Of a DNA stretch of 64,000 nt, positions 49,704 through 59,730 are shown piece by piece. Below the pieces are notes generated by a model, which made no database searches, was not told where the DNA came from, and saw only the letters and a list, made by a program, of their open reading frames with translations. The stretch is from the NCBI GenBank assembly GCA_963666975.2, contig CAXVYR010000003.1, positions 320,001 to 384,000 on the forward strand, read 5' to 3'. Every line of letters begins with the position of its first letter. The first letter of the stretch is position 1. A program made the position numbers and the translations under genes. The DNA comes from Terriglobia bacterium. GTDB lineage: Bacteria > Acidobacteriota > Terriglobia > 2-12-FULL-54-10.

Positions 49704-50543
49704 GTGGAGGCCTATCAGCAAGGGGATTATCCCGAGGCGGAGAAGCAGTTCTTGGCTGCCCTCCAGGAAGCGGAAAAGTTTGGTCCTGAAGAACCCCGAC
49801 TGGCCACCAGCCTCAATAATCTGGCGGTGCTTTATAACGCCCAGGGCAAGTACGCGGAGGCCGAGCCGCTCTACCGGCGGGCGCTGGCGATCCGTGAGAA
49901 GACCTTGGGACCGGAGCAGCCCGATGTGGGTCAGAGCCTCAACAACCTGGCAGAGCTATACCGTACCCAGGGGAAATATGCCGAGGCTGAGCGGCAGTTT
50001 ATGAGGGCGTTAGCGATCGTGGAGAAAGCCCTAGGCCCGGAGCATCCCAACGTGGCCACAACCCTCAACAACCTGGCGTTGCTGTACGACACCCAGGGGA
50101 AATATGCCGAGGCCGAGCCACTATACCAGCGGGCATTGGCAATTGACGAAAAAGCCCTGGGAAGAGACCATCCGGACGTAGCAACAGACCTCAACAACCT
50201 GGCGGCGCTGTACGACACCCAGGGGAAATATGCCGAGGCCGAGCCGCTATACCAGCGGGCATTGGCAATTGTGGAGAAAGCCCTGGGCCCGGAGCATCCT
50301 GCCGTGGCCACAACCCTCAACAACCTGGCAGAGCTATACCGTACCCAGGGGAAATATGCCGAGGCTGAGCGGCAGTTTATGAGGGCGTTAGCGATCGTGG
50401 AGAAAGCCCTAGGCCCGGAGCATCCCAATGTGGCCCTGGTCCTGGAGAACTACGCTTTGCTGCTACGAAAGATGAACCGGGAGGCCGAGGCGGTGGAAAT
50501 GGAAGCCCGCGCCCAGGCTATCCGGGAAAAGAACGCCCAGTAG
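49704..50543 (+). CDS. Tetratricopeptide repeat protein (42-aa kinesin-light-chain type), probably 5'-truncated
   Basis: Repeats ATTLNNLA.LY.TQGKYAEAEPLYQRALAI.EKALGPEHP. Confidence 0.9.
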   Translation: MEAYQQGDYPEAEKQFLAALQEAEKFGPEEPRLATSLNNLAVLYNAQGKYAEAEPLYRRALAIREKTLGPEQPDVGQSLNNLAELYRTQGKYAEAERQFMRALAIVEKALGPEHPNVATTLNNLALLYDTQGKYAEAEPLYQRALAIDEKALGRDHPDVATDLNNLAALYDTQGKYAEAEPLYQRALAIVEKALGPEHPAVATTLNNLAELYRTQGKYAEAERQFMRALAIVEKALGPEHPNVALVLENYALLLRKMNREAEAVEMEARAQAIREKNAQ

Positions 50544-50622
50544 AACCATCCCCATGGAAACTTGCTATGGGAGTACAATCCAGCCAACGCTAACCCGCCT
50601 ACATGGCAATTTTGGAGGCATT

Positions 50623-51078
50623 ATGCGACACGCCTGCAAAGGATTCCTGCTTCTTGCCTTTCTGATCCCGCATCTAGCCTGCACAAGGGCTGCACACGAG
50701 GCGCTGAGTTTGGCAGCATGGATGAACAACACCGTTGCCGTGCGGGCCTTGCTCGCTGCAGGGGCAAATGTCGATGCCAAAAACGAGGACGGATGGACGG
50801 CCTTGATGAGGGCGGCATTGCATGGCCACACCGCTACCGTGCAAGCCTTGCTTGAAGCGGGCGCAGACGTCAATTCCAAAGAACCGACTAAAGTGACCGT
50901 CTTGATGGTGACGGCAGACAATGGCCACACTGATACTGTTCAAACCTTGCTCGAAGCCGGCGCAGACGTCAATGCCAAAGACGATGAGGGATGGACGGCC
51001 TTGATGTGGGCTCAGGATAGGGTGCACACCGAAGTGGTTGAAATCCTCAAGAAGGCCGGGGCCAAGGAGGCCAAATGA
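50623..51078 (+). CDS. Ankyrin repeat lipoprotein
   Basis: LAC lipobox; GWTALM.AA..GH...VQ.LLEAGADVN repeats. Confidence 0.9.
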   Translation: MRHACKGFLLLAFLIPHLACTRAAHEALSLAAWMNNTVAVRALLAAGANVDAKNEDGWTALMRAALHGHTATVQALLEAGADVNSKEPTKVTVLMVTADNGHTDTVQTLLEAGADVNAKDDEGWTALMWAQDRVHTEVVEILKKAGAKEAK

Positions 51079-52184
51079 ACAGGCAGACACGTTTGCCGCG
51101 GGTTGGAGTTTTGTGCGTGATGCTGATAACTGCCCCGTTCATTGCGTGGGGACAGTCTGCTGACTCGCCGAAGGCTCGCAGCGCGCCGGAGGAATTTCAA
51201 GCGGACCTGGAGCGGCGCGGGTTTAGCGAGCAGGACCTCCGCAAGGAGATTAGCCAGAACCTGAGCATCCAAAATCTGGAGGAAAATCAGGTCAATGGCA
51301 GGATCGAGGTCACCGATGCGGAGGTGAGCAGCTTTTACGAAGCAAACAAGGAGTCGTTCAATATCAAGGAAACCCAGTACCGCATCGGCCAGATTGCCGT
51401 CAGCCCCAATCCCGACGCGCCTTTCGCCAATTTGAAAAATGACAAGGCAAGAAACGAAGATCAGGCTAGCAAGAAAATCCAGCTTCTGGCGAGAAAATTG
51501 GAGGCCGGAGAGGAATTTCAGCAAGTGGCGCGGGAATACTCCGAGCACCCGGGGGCAGCCCAGACGGGCGGCGACTTCGGCTACCATCCCGCCTCGGCAC
51601 TCGACCCCCTGGGGCCGGATTTGAAGATATCCCTCCTGGCGCTTGAGGTGGGCGAGATCACCCCTGTGATTCGGGTGACGGACGGATACATGATCCTGAA
51701 GCTCCTCGGAAAACGGGAGCCGGGCCAGCGCGAGCTGGAAGACCCGGAGGTGCAGCAGAGCATCCGCCAGGAGATCAGGAATCGCAAGTTGGTAGCTACA
51801 CAAGCACCCGCTCAAGAAAATCTCTGGGAGACATACATGAAAGCCGCAACTGAGGCGTATCAGCAAGCCAATTATGCCGAGGTGGAAAAGCAGTTGTCGG
51901 CTGCGCTCCAGGAAGCGGAAAAATTCGGTCCTGAAGACCCCCGCTTGGCCACCAGCCTCAATAATCTGGCGGTGCTTTATAACGCCCAGGGCAAGTACGT
52001 GGAGGCCGAGCCGCTCCATCAGCGGGCCCTGGCGATTGTGGAGAAAGCCCTGGGGCCAGAGCATCCAAACGTGGCCGAGAGCCTGGAAAACTACGCAGCC
52101 CTTCTACACAAAATGGGGCGCAATGACGAGGCAGCAAGACTGGAAGCCCGCGCCCAGGCCATCCGGGAAAAGAACGCCCAATAG
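51075..52184 (+). CDS. PpiC/SurA-like peptidyl-prolyl isomerase fragment fused to TPR domain
   Basis: Signal peptide, VTDAEVSSFYEAN, GEEFQQVAREYSEHP...GGDFG, GY.ILK; C-terminal TPRs. Confidence 0.8.
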   Translation: MNRQTRLPRVGVLCVMLITAPFIAWGQSADSPKARSAPEEFQADLERRGFSEQDLRKEISQNLSIQNLEENQVNGRIEVTDAEVSSFYEANKESFNIKETQYRIGQIAVSPNPDAPFANLKNDKARNEDQASKKIQLLARKLEAGEEFQQVAREYSEHPGAAQTGGDFGYHPASALDPLGPDLKISLLALEVGEITPVIRVTDGYMILKLLGKREPGQRELEDPEVQQSIRQEIRNRKLVATQAPAQENLWETYMKAATEAYQQANYAEVEKQLSAALQEAEKFGPEDPRLATSLNNLAVLYNAQGKYVEAEPLHQRALAIVEKALGPEHPNVAESLENYAALLHKMGRNDEAARLEARAQAIREKNAQ

Positions 52185-52402
52185 AACCCGCAAGAATAAA
52201 GTGAAAGTGGTTTTAGTCGGAATAACCAAGAAGCAATCTCACCGCTGGCAGGCTGTGGCTGCGGTTCCTTAAAAGAAAAAGTGCCGAGCCAGTAAAGTAA
52301 GCCACCACACCCCTTTTAAATCGTTGCCCGCCGAATCGTTAGATGGCTGTTAGATGAGACAACTAAAGGGCTAGAGCGATCAGCCCTAACCCATTGATTC
52401 TT

Positions 52403-52479
<77 letters not shown>

Positions 52480-52563
52480 AAGGCAGTATACCTTAAGCGT
52501 GATTTTTCACCAAGTTGTTTCCTGGCAATGAGCTTGCGGAAATGGGGCAGGGAAGTCATGGGC

Positions 52564-52812
52564 TTAAATTGGGCGGACTAGTTGCCCGTCAGGGGCTGTT
52601 TTTGTAACAGTTTGTAAGAAATCTCCGAACAACTTTTGTTCCAAGGCACGAGCAGCTTCTGGAGTGGCCTTGTTGACGTGCGTGTAGAGTTCAGTCGTTT
52701 TCGAGTTGGTATGCCCTAGATACATTCTTGCCGCCTTCAGGTCGCGGGTTTCCCGGTAAATCAGGGTGGAAGCCGTATGGCGAAATACGTGCCAGCCATG
52801 GGACCTCTTCTC
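52564..52812 (-). pseudogene. Tyrosine integrase C-terminal fragment
   Basis: WHVFRHT...LGHTNSKTTELYTH (HxxR, H and Y catalytic motifs); N-terminus replaced by IS3 sequence. Confidence 0.88.
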
Positions 52813-53235
52813 CCGCACACGCCCGCTGCTCGCTTACCCGATAGCCCCCGCACAGGTATCCCGCTACCGGGCGGCGTCGCGAGGGCTTCAGAATTTTTTT
52901 GCCAAAACGTCCTGCAACATCGTTTTGTCCAAAGTTAGATCGGCCACCAACCGCTTCAGCCGTTGGTTCTCTTCCTGCATCTGCTTCAGCTGCCGGACCT
53001 GGTCGATCTCCAGCCCCACGTACTGTTTCTTCCACCGGTAGAACGTTTGCTCCGAGATCCCTACCTTCCGGATCAGTTCCCCCACCGGCACCCCCACTTC
53101 TGCCTGCTTCAACACTCCCACGATCTGCTCCACAGAAAATCGCTTCCGTTTCACGGCTTCTCCCCCCTTCTTCTGGTCATAGATTCTGCCGCAAAACTCA
53201 CTCTCAACTTGGCTCAAAAAACCGGGGGCCGGTCA
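52813..53235 (-). mobile_element. IS3-family (IS407-like) element, truncated: left end, orfA (52888-53154) and start of orfB
   Basis: TG-started IR; KRKRFSVEQIV..LK...GISEQTFYRWKK.Y...EENQRLKRLVADLTLD; A6 frameshift window. Confidence 0.9.
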
Positions 53236-53492
53236 CTGCCGAAGCCGTCTCGGAGAAAAAATCGTTTATGGAGGTCTCGGTTGGACGCAGTGAGGTATAT
53301 ACTCTCGGTGTGAACGCCAAAAAGGAAATTTCGGTACAAATACGCGCGCCACAATGCTAGTTCGCCGATTCCGCCGTCTGCTAGAATACGCCCTCAATCG
53401 AGTGAAAGATTGCGACTTGCACTATCGGGGCTGAAAAGTACCGTTTCTTAAAAGACTAGATGCCAGTCCGGCATGAGTAACAGGAGGAAATT

Positions 53493-55274
53493 ATGACAAG
53501 CCTTGGCAATAAAATTCTTTGGCAACCGTATACAGGATTTGTAGAGAAAGTATTGACCTTGCTCTTTTTTGTTTTTTTCGCGCCGAATGCCATGCTTGGT
53601 CAGCAGGAAGTTTCTCAGCCGAGATTCAAATGGATCGTAGAGAAAGACGTGAAGATTCCGATGCGGGATGGGGCCATCCTGAAGGCGGATGTGTTTCGTC
53701 CCGTATCCCCGGACAAATTTCCCATCATCATGGACATGACGGCGTACCAGAAGGACTTACTCTGGGTCCCACCGCCGGATCTGGAGGAGAAGCCCAACCA
53801 GTATATGACCTGGGAGACAGGAAACCCAGAATGGTGGTGTCCGCGGGGTTATATTCTTGTTCGGGTAGACAGCCGGGGAAGTGGAAAGTCACCGGGTTTT
53901 GCTGAGCCCTGGTCGAAGCAAGAGGTCCTTGATTTCTACGACGCTATTGAATGGGCGGGCGTCCAGCCGTGGAGCAATGGGAACGTTGGGCTGCTGGGGA
54001 TTTCCTACATGGCGATGAATCAATGGTGGGTCGCCAGCCTCCAACCACCCCACCTGAAGGCAATGATCCCATGGGAGGGGGCCGCAGACCTGTACCGTGA
54101 TGCCGCTTACCACGGGGGCATATTTAACAATTTCATGCAGACTTGGTATTTGGGTCTCATGTTCAATCACCTTCACGGCCCGGCCCAAGTCTACAATCCG
54201 GACGCCATGGCTCTAAACTGGATATGGGAAATCATGCGGAACCGCCTGGATACGGGCTTTTATGAAGGTGTGCAAGCGGAGTGGGACAAGATCGTGGTGC
54301 CGTTCTACAGCGTGGGTAATTGGAGCCACACGATGTTGCACTTGCGGGGGAACACGGAAGCCTTTGTCCGGGCAGCTTCAAGGAACAAGAAGTTGCGGAT
54401 TCACTCGGGCACCCATTTTCACCCCTTTTACTCAGAGGAAGGCAAGATGGACCAGCTGCGCTTCTTCGATCAGTGGCTGAAGGGAATCGACACAAGCATT
54501 ATGTCAGAACCACCCGTCAAAGTTTGCCTCCGCACCGACGCAGATTCGTGCGAATGGCGCTACAACAGTCGATGGCCATTTGACAACACCCGGTGGACCA
54601 AGTTCTATTTGGGTGCCCCAGACGCTGGCGCTAGCAAAGACGCTCAGGGCACGTTGAGCAAAGATGTCCCGACTACTGAAGGCGTGGCCACGTATGCGAG
54701 CCAGAGTGCATACCGTAGCGGTCCTGATCCGAAGGGGGTGACGTTCGTAACAGAACCTATGGCCGAGGACACGGAGGTGATTGGCCCAGTCAACCTAGTG
54801 ATGTTGGTGTCGTCCTCCACTGACGACATGTACATCTTTGCGACACTGAAAAATATCGATCCAAATGGCAAGGAAGTAATGTATCCCCCGATAACACCAA
54901 CCCGCAGTCGCTCACATGCAGCCGTAGGTTGGCTCAAGGTTTCCCATCGGAAATTGGACCCGAAACTTTCAACCCCCGATCGGCCCTACCACACGCACGA
55001 CGAAGAGCAAAAACTCATACCAGGGGAAGTAGTGAAGGTCGAGGTGGAAATCTGGCCGACGGGTACCGTGTCCAAGAAAGGGCATCGGATCCAGTTGGAC
55101 GTTCGACCTACTGGCGCTGGGTATCGAGTCCTCGTGCCCGAAAGTTTGAAGCAGGAGACCAATAGCATTTACACCCGCGGCGACCGCGCATCCTATCTAC
55201 TGCTGCCCGTTATCCCGTCAAAGGGGTCCTCGCCGACTACGAGTAGTAGCAAAACCCAGAGTATATCCCGCTGA
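53493..55274 (+). CDS. CocE/NonD (X-Pro dipeptidyl-peptidase S15) family hydrolase
   Basis: IPMRDG..LKAD, DSRGSGKS, QPWSNGNVGLLGISYMA, FFDQWLKG. Confidence 0.92.
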   Translation: MTSLGNKILWQPYTGFVEKVLTLLFFVFFAPNAMLGQQEVSQPRFKWIVEKDVKIPMRDGAILKADVFRPVSPDKFPIIMDMTAYQKDLLWVPPPDLEEKPNQYMTWETGNPEWWCPRGYILVRVDSRGSGKSPGFAEPWSKQEVLDFYDAIEWAGVQPWSNGNVGLLGISYMAMNQWWVASLQPPHLKAMIPWEGAADLYRDAAYHGGIFNNFMQTWYLGLMFNHLHGPAQVYNPDAMALNWIWEIMRNRLDTGFYEGVQAEWDKIVVPFYSVGNWSHTMLHLRGNTEAFVRAASRNKKLRIHSGTHFHPFYSEEGKMDQLRFFDQWLKGIDTSIMSEPPVKVCLRTDADSCEWRYNSRWPFDNTRWTKFYLGAPDAGASKDAQGTLSKDVPTTEGVATYASQSAYRSGPDPKGVTFVTEPMAEDTEVIGPVNLVMLVSSSTDDMYIFATLKNIDPNGKEVMYPPITPTRSRSHAAVGWLKVSHRKLDPKLSTPDRPYHTHDEEQKLIPGEVVKVEVEIWPTGTVSKKGHRIQLDVRPTGAGYRVLVPESLKQETNSIYTRGDRASYLLLPVIPSKGSSPTTSSSKTQSISR

Positions 55275-55330
55275 GTGATCGGTTTTTCTAACCAGAGGCA
55301 TCCCATCTAGCTACGATCCTGCCACCCGCC

Positions 55331-55401
55331 ATTACGCAGCGGGACCTAAAGCCGGAAAGACCATGCTGACCAAGGCGGGCACGAAGCTACTGGACTTTGG
55401 G
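55331..55401 (+). pseudogene. Ser/Thr kinase catalytic-loop fragment
   Basis: ITQRDLKP/(frameshift)MLTKAGTKLLDFG corresponds to HRDLKP...KLLDFG. Confidence 0.7.
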
Positions 55402-55616
55402 TGCTTCCGCAATCGACTGTTGGTGGGATCAGCATAACTCTAAAATGTTCAATATGTTGGTGGCAGAAATCGTCTTAGCAGTTCTGCAGTGTGGCAAATA
55501 TAGAATCAGCCACTCTGTTTGTTGGAGATAGGGATGCACTAACAACACTAGATTGCGGAAGCGCCGAAGCCCGGCCCCCTAATTTTCTACATAGACATTC
55601 TAAGTGATGCAAGCTT

Positions 55617-56171
55617 TTATTGGATCACACCGCAGGCGACGCGGGCACCTGCATCGCCCGAGGGCTGGCTTTGAACATCGTCTTCCCCAGCGTGGACCAC
55701 GACCGCCTTGCCGCGAATCGAGTTCGATCCTTCCAGGCTAAGAAATTCAAAATGCAAGTCCGCCATGACTTGACCCTCGGCATTGGCTTCCACGTTTCCC
55801 AGATCACCGATGTGGTGTTCGGCAGCATCCGGCGCGCCATGAGGTTTGTCATCGGGGTTAAAATGCCCCCCCGCGCTGCTTGCGTCAGGGGCACTGCAAT
55901 CACCTGTTGCGTGAATGTGGAACCCATGCCTGCCAGGAGTCAGTTCCGTTAAGTTGATTTCAACGTGGGTTTCTCCACTGACTTCCTCAAAATGTACCGT
56001 GCCTTCTACGGTATTGCCTTCGGTAGGTTGCAGGCTCGCCTCAGCGGTTCTCGCCATCGGTTGGGCCGGCGCTTCCGCTTGCTCGGCTGGCTGCTCTGTT
56101 GGCCCACATCCCATGAAGAAAACGATGGGCAACAATAAAAAGAACACCATCCAGCTTCTGTAGTTCAACAT
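55617..56171 (-). CDS. sodC: Cu/Zn superoxide dismutase, lipoprotein
   Basis: HGFHIH, SAGGHFNP, HIGDLGN, VVVHAGEDD, GDAGARVACGVI. Confidence 0.95.
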   Translation of the reverse strand: MLNYRSWMVFFLLLPIVFFMGCGPTEQPAEQAEAPAQPMARTAEASLQPTEGNTVEGTVHFEEVSGETHVEINLTELTPGRHGFHIHATGDCSAPDASSAGGHFNPDDKPHGAPDAAEHHIGDLGNVEANAEGQVMADLHFEFLSLEGSNSIRGKAVVVHAGEDDVQSQPSGDAGARVACGVIQ

Positions 56172-56488
56172 CCTATCCTCCTCAACAAAGGTTTCGGGGC
56201 TCTACCCGGAATTTCCGATTTGAGCTTCCGCTTCGCCCAATAGCATACATCAGCCGCTCATCAGTTCATACCTGAGGGTTCCCGACGCTTCAGTTTTTCA
56301 AACCAGTCGAGGACGACTGGGGCTGGGGGTCAGGGCACCTTCCCGCTCCAAGGGATGATTCATCAGTAATTGCTGGCTCTTGAGTTCACTTTCTCTCCCA
56401 TTCGCGTGGACCGAAGCGAGACCCTAAAAGGCTTATCTTCTATGCACGGTTGACCGTTTTCTACGAGTGCCGCGTCTCGTCTGCGAAC

Positions 56489-57148
56489 CTACTTGGGCTG
56501 GGCGACGACGCGAAGATAGGGTTTAAGAGTCTTCCACCCGCCGGGATATTTTTGTTTCGCTTCTTCGTCCGATACCGCCGGCAGGATGATGACATCCCCG
56601 CCTTGCTTCCAATTCGCTGGCGTGGCAACTTTGTGCTTAGCCGTAAGCTGCATAGAATCTACAACCCGCAAGACTTCATCAAAGTTCCGGCCTGTGCTCA
56701 TGGGGTAGACGAGCATCAGCTTGATCTTCTTGTCCGGACCAATCACGAATACGTTGCGCACGGTGGCATTGTCCGCCGCCGTCCGGCCCTCGCACGACTC
56801 CCCGGCTTCGCCTGGCAGCATGCCATAAAGCTTGGCAACCTTGAGCTCCGGGTCGCCGATCATCGGGTAGGTCACCTTGTGGCCCTGCGTCTCTTCGATA
56901 TCCGCCGACCACTTACTATGACTGGTCACTGGGTCCACGCTCAACCCAATAACCTTGCAGTTTCGCTTCTGAAACTCGGGCTGCAGCCCCGCCATATAAC
57001 CGAGTTCAGTGGTGCACACGGGGGTAAAGTCCTTCGGGTGGGAAAACAGGATCGCCCAGCCGTCCCCGATCCATTCATGGAAGTTGATCTTCCCTTGTGT
57101 GGTCTCGGCAGTGAAATCGGGTGCTTCATTATTTATACGTAAGATCAT
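56489..57148 (-). CDS. Peroxiredoxin (Prx6 / 1-Cys type)
   Basis: FSHPKDFTPVCTTE, YPMSTGRNFDE, ATPANW, PYLR. Confidence 0.95.
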   Translation of the reverse strand: MILRINNEAPDFTAETTQGKINFHEWIGDGWAILFSHPKDFTPVCTTELGYMAGLQPEFQKRNCKVIGLSVDPVTSHSKWSADIEETQGHKVTYPMIGDPELKVAKLYGMLPGEAGESCEGRTAADNATVRNVFVIGPDKKIKLMLVYPMSTGRNFDEVLRVVDSMQLTAKHKVATPANWKQGGDVIILPAVSDEEAKQKYPGGWKTLKPYLRVVAQPK

Positions 57149-57405
57149 GGTTCTCCTCCAAGCGGTCTTCCTCGCTGCTATTTTAGTTCTAAATTCTCCA
57201 GTCGGGAAATTGTACATCATGTCCCGCTCTTCTCGTCAACCTCTTACCGTGCTTAATGCTGCGACCGGCTGCAGGCTCCCTTTCCACGGTCGAGCCCCGT
57301 TTCTACCGGAATTAGTTTTTTGACCCTCCGGCGGTTGCGAGTATGCACCCGTTTGCCTCTTGTAGAGCCCTCCAGGCACGGGGTTTTCTCCCAGAGGGTC
57401 CCACT

Positions 57406-57531
57406 GGCATTGTCAAGTTAAGGCAGAGTCAGGTAGCATTGACAGATGGAATCACTTTCCCGAGAGCATCGCTTTCCACTTGAAATCATCAGTCAGGAAT
57501 CTCGGCTTGGTTCCGTTAACTTGACAGTGCC
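57406..57531 (+). mobile_element. 126-bp non-autonomous IS6 derivative (MITE)
   Basis: IRs GGCATTGTCAAGTTAA / TTAACTTGACAGTGCC match the IS6 at 5993-6788; encloses the transposase start MESLSREHRFPLEIISQ. Confidence 0.88.
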
Positions 57532-57693
57532 CTGTTTTCGGCGATGAAAGTGGGGTGCCGCTGTCAAACTTCGGGGTTATTTCGTAGACAGCAACCACCT
57601 CGCGTCAAATACAGTTCGCCCTCAAACTTCTGTTCTGATACCTGGGGGCGGCAGTCATTGATCCGGAAGAATCACCTGAGCGGGAGGTCTCAA

Positions 57694-59484
57694 ATGAAGC
57701 CAAGAAGCAACCGATTCCTGGGAAGAAAAGCCTCAGTCAGCGCAGCGTTCGTTGTGTGGCTCCTTGCCTTGGTTGGGAATCTGCCTTGTTTGGCGCAAGC
57801 GGTCAAGGTCATTGAGGGTGGCACATTAATCGATGGCACCGGAGGCGCGCCGATCCCCAGCGCAGTCCTTGTTATCGAAGAGAATAGAATCACGACTATT
57901 GCCCAGAGGGGGGCGTTGCAATATCCTCCCGGGGCACAGGTGATTGACGCGACCGGCAAGTATATTCTCCCCGGCTTGATCGAGATGCACATTCATTATC
58001 ACGCCTGGGTCGTCGAACCTCTGCTTCATTACGGGATTACTACTGCGTATGATTTTGGGAATTTGGAGGAATGGATACTCGCATACAAAGATGGGACGGA
58101 AAAGGGAAGGATCTATGGTCCGCGCATTTTTGCGGTGGGACCGATGTTGAATGGGATTCCGAACGAAGGCCCCGGGTCGATTGAGGGATCTCTGCATGGA
58201 TTTGAAGATCCGGAACTTGTGCGAGAAGAGATACGACGCTTAGCGGCAAGGGGGGTCGATGGAATCAAGTTTTACAACACGGTGAGCCTAGAAGTTCTCC
58301 GAGCTGCCACGGATGAAGCCCACAATCACGGACTGCGGGTGGGAATTCACAAAGTGCCATCGGATGCCAACGAACTGGCCGATGCTGGAGTGGATGCGCT
58401 GGTGCACGGAACCGGCATCGGGTTGGCGACTATTAAGGATCCCGCCAAGAGGAAACGGTACCGGGAGGAAACCTTCCCTCCGTTGCCAGATGGCACGTTC
58501 CCACACTACCTCTGGGCTGGGGACCCTTCCAATGAGCCCCACTATCTGATGGAGGAAGAGAACTTCGACGAGACCATTAAGCATTTAACCTCAAAAAGTG
58601 TCTTCATAAACCCCACGATGGTTTTTGGTTGGAATTGTGCCCATGGACGTTGGGCCGAATTTGAGCGTGACATTTTGGAGTTCGTCCGCGATCCCAATCT
58701 CGTCTATATTCCCCGCGAAAATATGGACCGCTGGTTAGATCATGGTTCAGCCGCCTGTGATCAGATGACCGGCGAGGAAAAGCGACTGATGAGGGAGGGC
58801 TATGAGAAGTATCTGCGTTTTCTTCGGAAGTTTGTCCAGGCGGGAGGGAAGATCATCAACGGTTCGGATCCAGTGCACTCAGGAGTCCCCGGTTTAGGAC
58901 TTCATCAGGAAATGGAGTTATTGATTGATGCCGGGCTCACTCCGATGCAGGTGATCTCAGCGACCACCAAGAATAACGCGGAATACATGAAGAAAGATCA
59001 CTTGATTGGAACGCTCGAGGCGGGCAAGCTTGCCGACATCCTAATTGTCGATGCGGATCCGTTGCAAGACATCCGAAATTTAAGGAAAGTCCATCTTCTG
59101 ATGAAAGACGGGGAAATCATGGATACCGCCTATCATGCATATTATAGAAACCCTTTCCCGAGGCCTGAAAACAACATTGTGCTTTTTCAAGAAGTTCCGA
59201 TAATTACACCGACTCTTTCGAGCATCTTGCCAACGACTGTGGTGGAAGGTTCCAAGGGAGTTACGATCACTATCAAGGGCAAATACTTTCTGAGGACAAC
59301 AATAGCTCGCGCAAATGGGGTGAACTTGCCTACAGAATTCGTTAATGTCACAGAATTGCGGGCGAAAATACCGGATGCGATGACAGCAAATCCAGGAGTT
59401 TACTCTATCCTGGTGTTGACACCATCCCAAGGCTCCTCTGATCCTGACTTAAATAATACTCTTTTGCTCGTCACATATAAGTAG
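57694..59484 (+). CDS. Secreted amidohydrolase family protein with C-terminal IPT/TIG-like domain (paralog of 3688-5685)
   Basis: LIDGTG, LPGLIEMHIH, GLTPMQVI, GKLADILIV; PTLSSILP...TEFVNVTELRAKIP. Confidence 0.85.
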   Translation: MKPRSNRFLGRKASVSAAFVVWLLALVGNLPCLAQAVKVIEGGTLIDGTGGAPIPSAVLVIEENRITTIAQRGALQYPPGAQVIDATGKYILPGLIEMHIHYHAWVVEPLLHYGITTAYDFGNLEEWILAYKDGTEKGRIYGPRIFAVGPMLNGIPNEGPGSIEGSLHGFEDPELVREEIRRLAARGVDGIKFYNTVSLEVLRAATDEAHNHGLRVGIHKVPSDANELADAGVDALVHGTGIGLATIKDPAKRKRYREETFPPLPDGTFPHYLWAGDPSNEPHYLMEEENFDETIKHLTSKSVFINPTMVFGWNCAHGRWAEFERDILEFVRDPNLVYIPRENMDRWLDHGSAACDQMTGEEKRLMREGYEKYLRFLRKFVQAGGKIINGSDPVHSGVPGLGLHQEMELLIDAGLTPMQVISATTKNNAEYMKKDHLIGTLEAGKLADILIVDADPLQDIRNLRKVHLLMKDGEIMDTAYHAYYRNPFPRPENNIVLFQEVPIITPTLSSILPTTVVEGSKGVTITIKGKYFLRTTIARANGVNLPTEFVNVTELRAKIPDAMTANPGVYSILVLTPSQGSSDPDLNNTLLLVTYK

Positions 59485-59589
59485 GTCGCTGGTTCGTTAC
59501 TCGGCTTTTATATCTTTCCTCCAGGCGAGTCAAATGGCGTAAAATCGGCTTGCCGAACTGCATTTTTATATACTAAGGAGAAAACGTCG

Positions 59590-59730
59590 ATGAAATGGGT
59601 CGGGATTGTGTTCTTGATTCTGCTATTTTCCTATTGCTCTGGTCCAAGAAGTGAACGGCAAGGGCAAATAAACCCAAGCGCCTCCTTGGTTATTCAAATG
59701 GAAACGCTCTCGAAAGGAAATTTGCTATGA
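59590..59730 (+). CDS. Small 46-aa putative lipoprotein/membrane peptide
   Basis: aaggag RBS; MKWVGIVFLILLFSYC...; stop overlaps the next start (ATGA). Confidence 0.45.
   Translation: MKWVGIVFLILLFSYCSGPRSERQGQINPSASLVIQMETLSKGNLL

Noticed and set aside
49704-52184. Diversity-generating retroelement TR/VR pair among TPR or NHL repeats
   Set aside because: Differences are not visibly adenine-specific and no RT gene is present.
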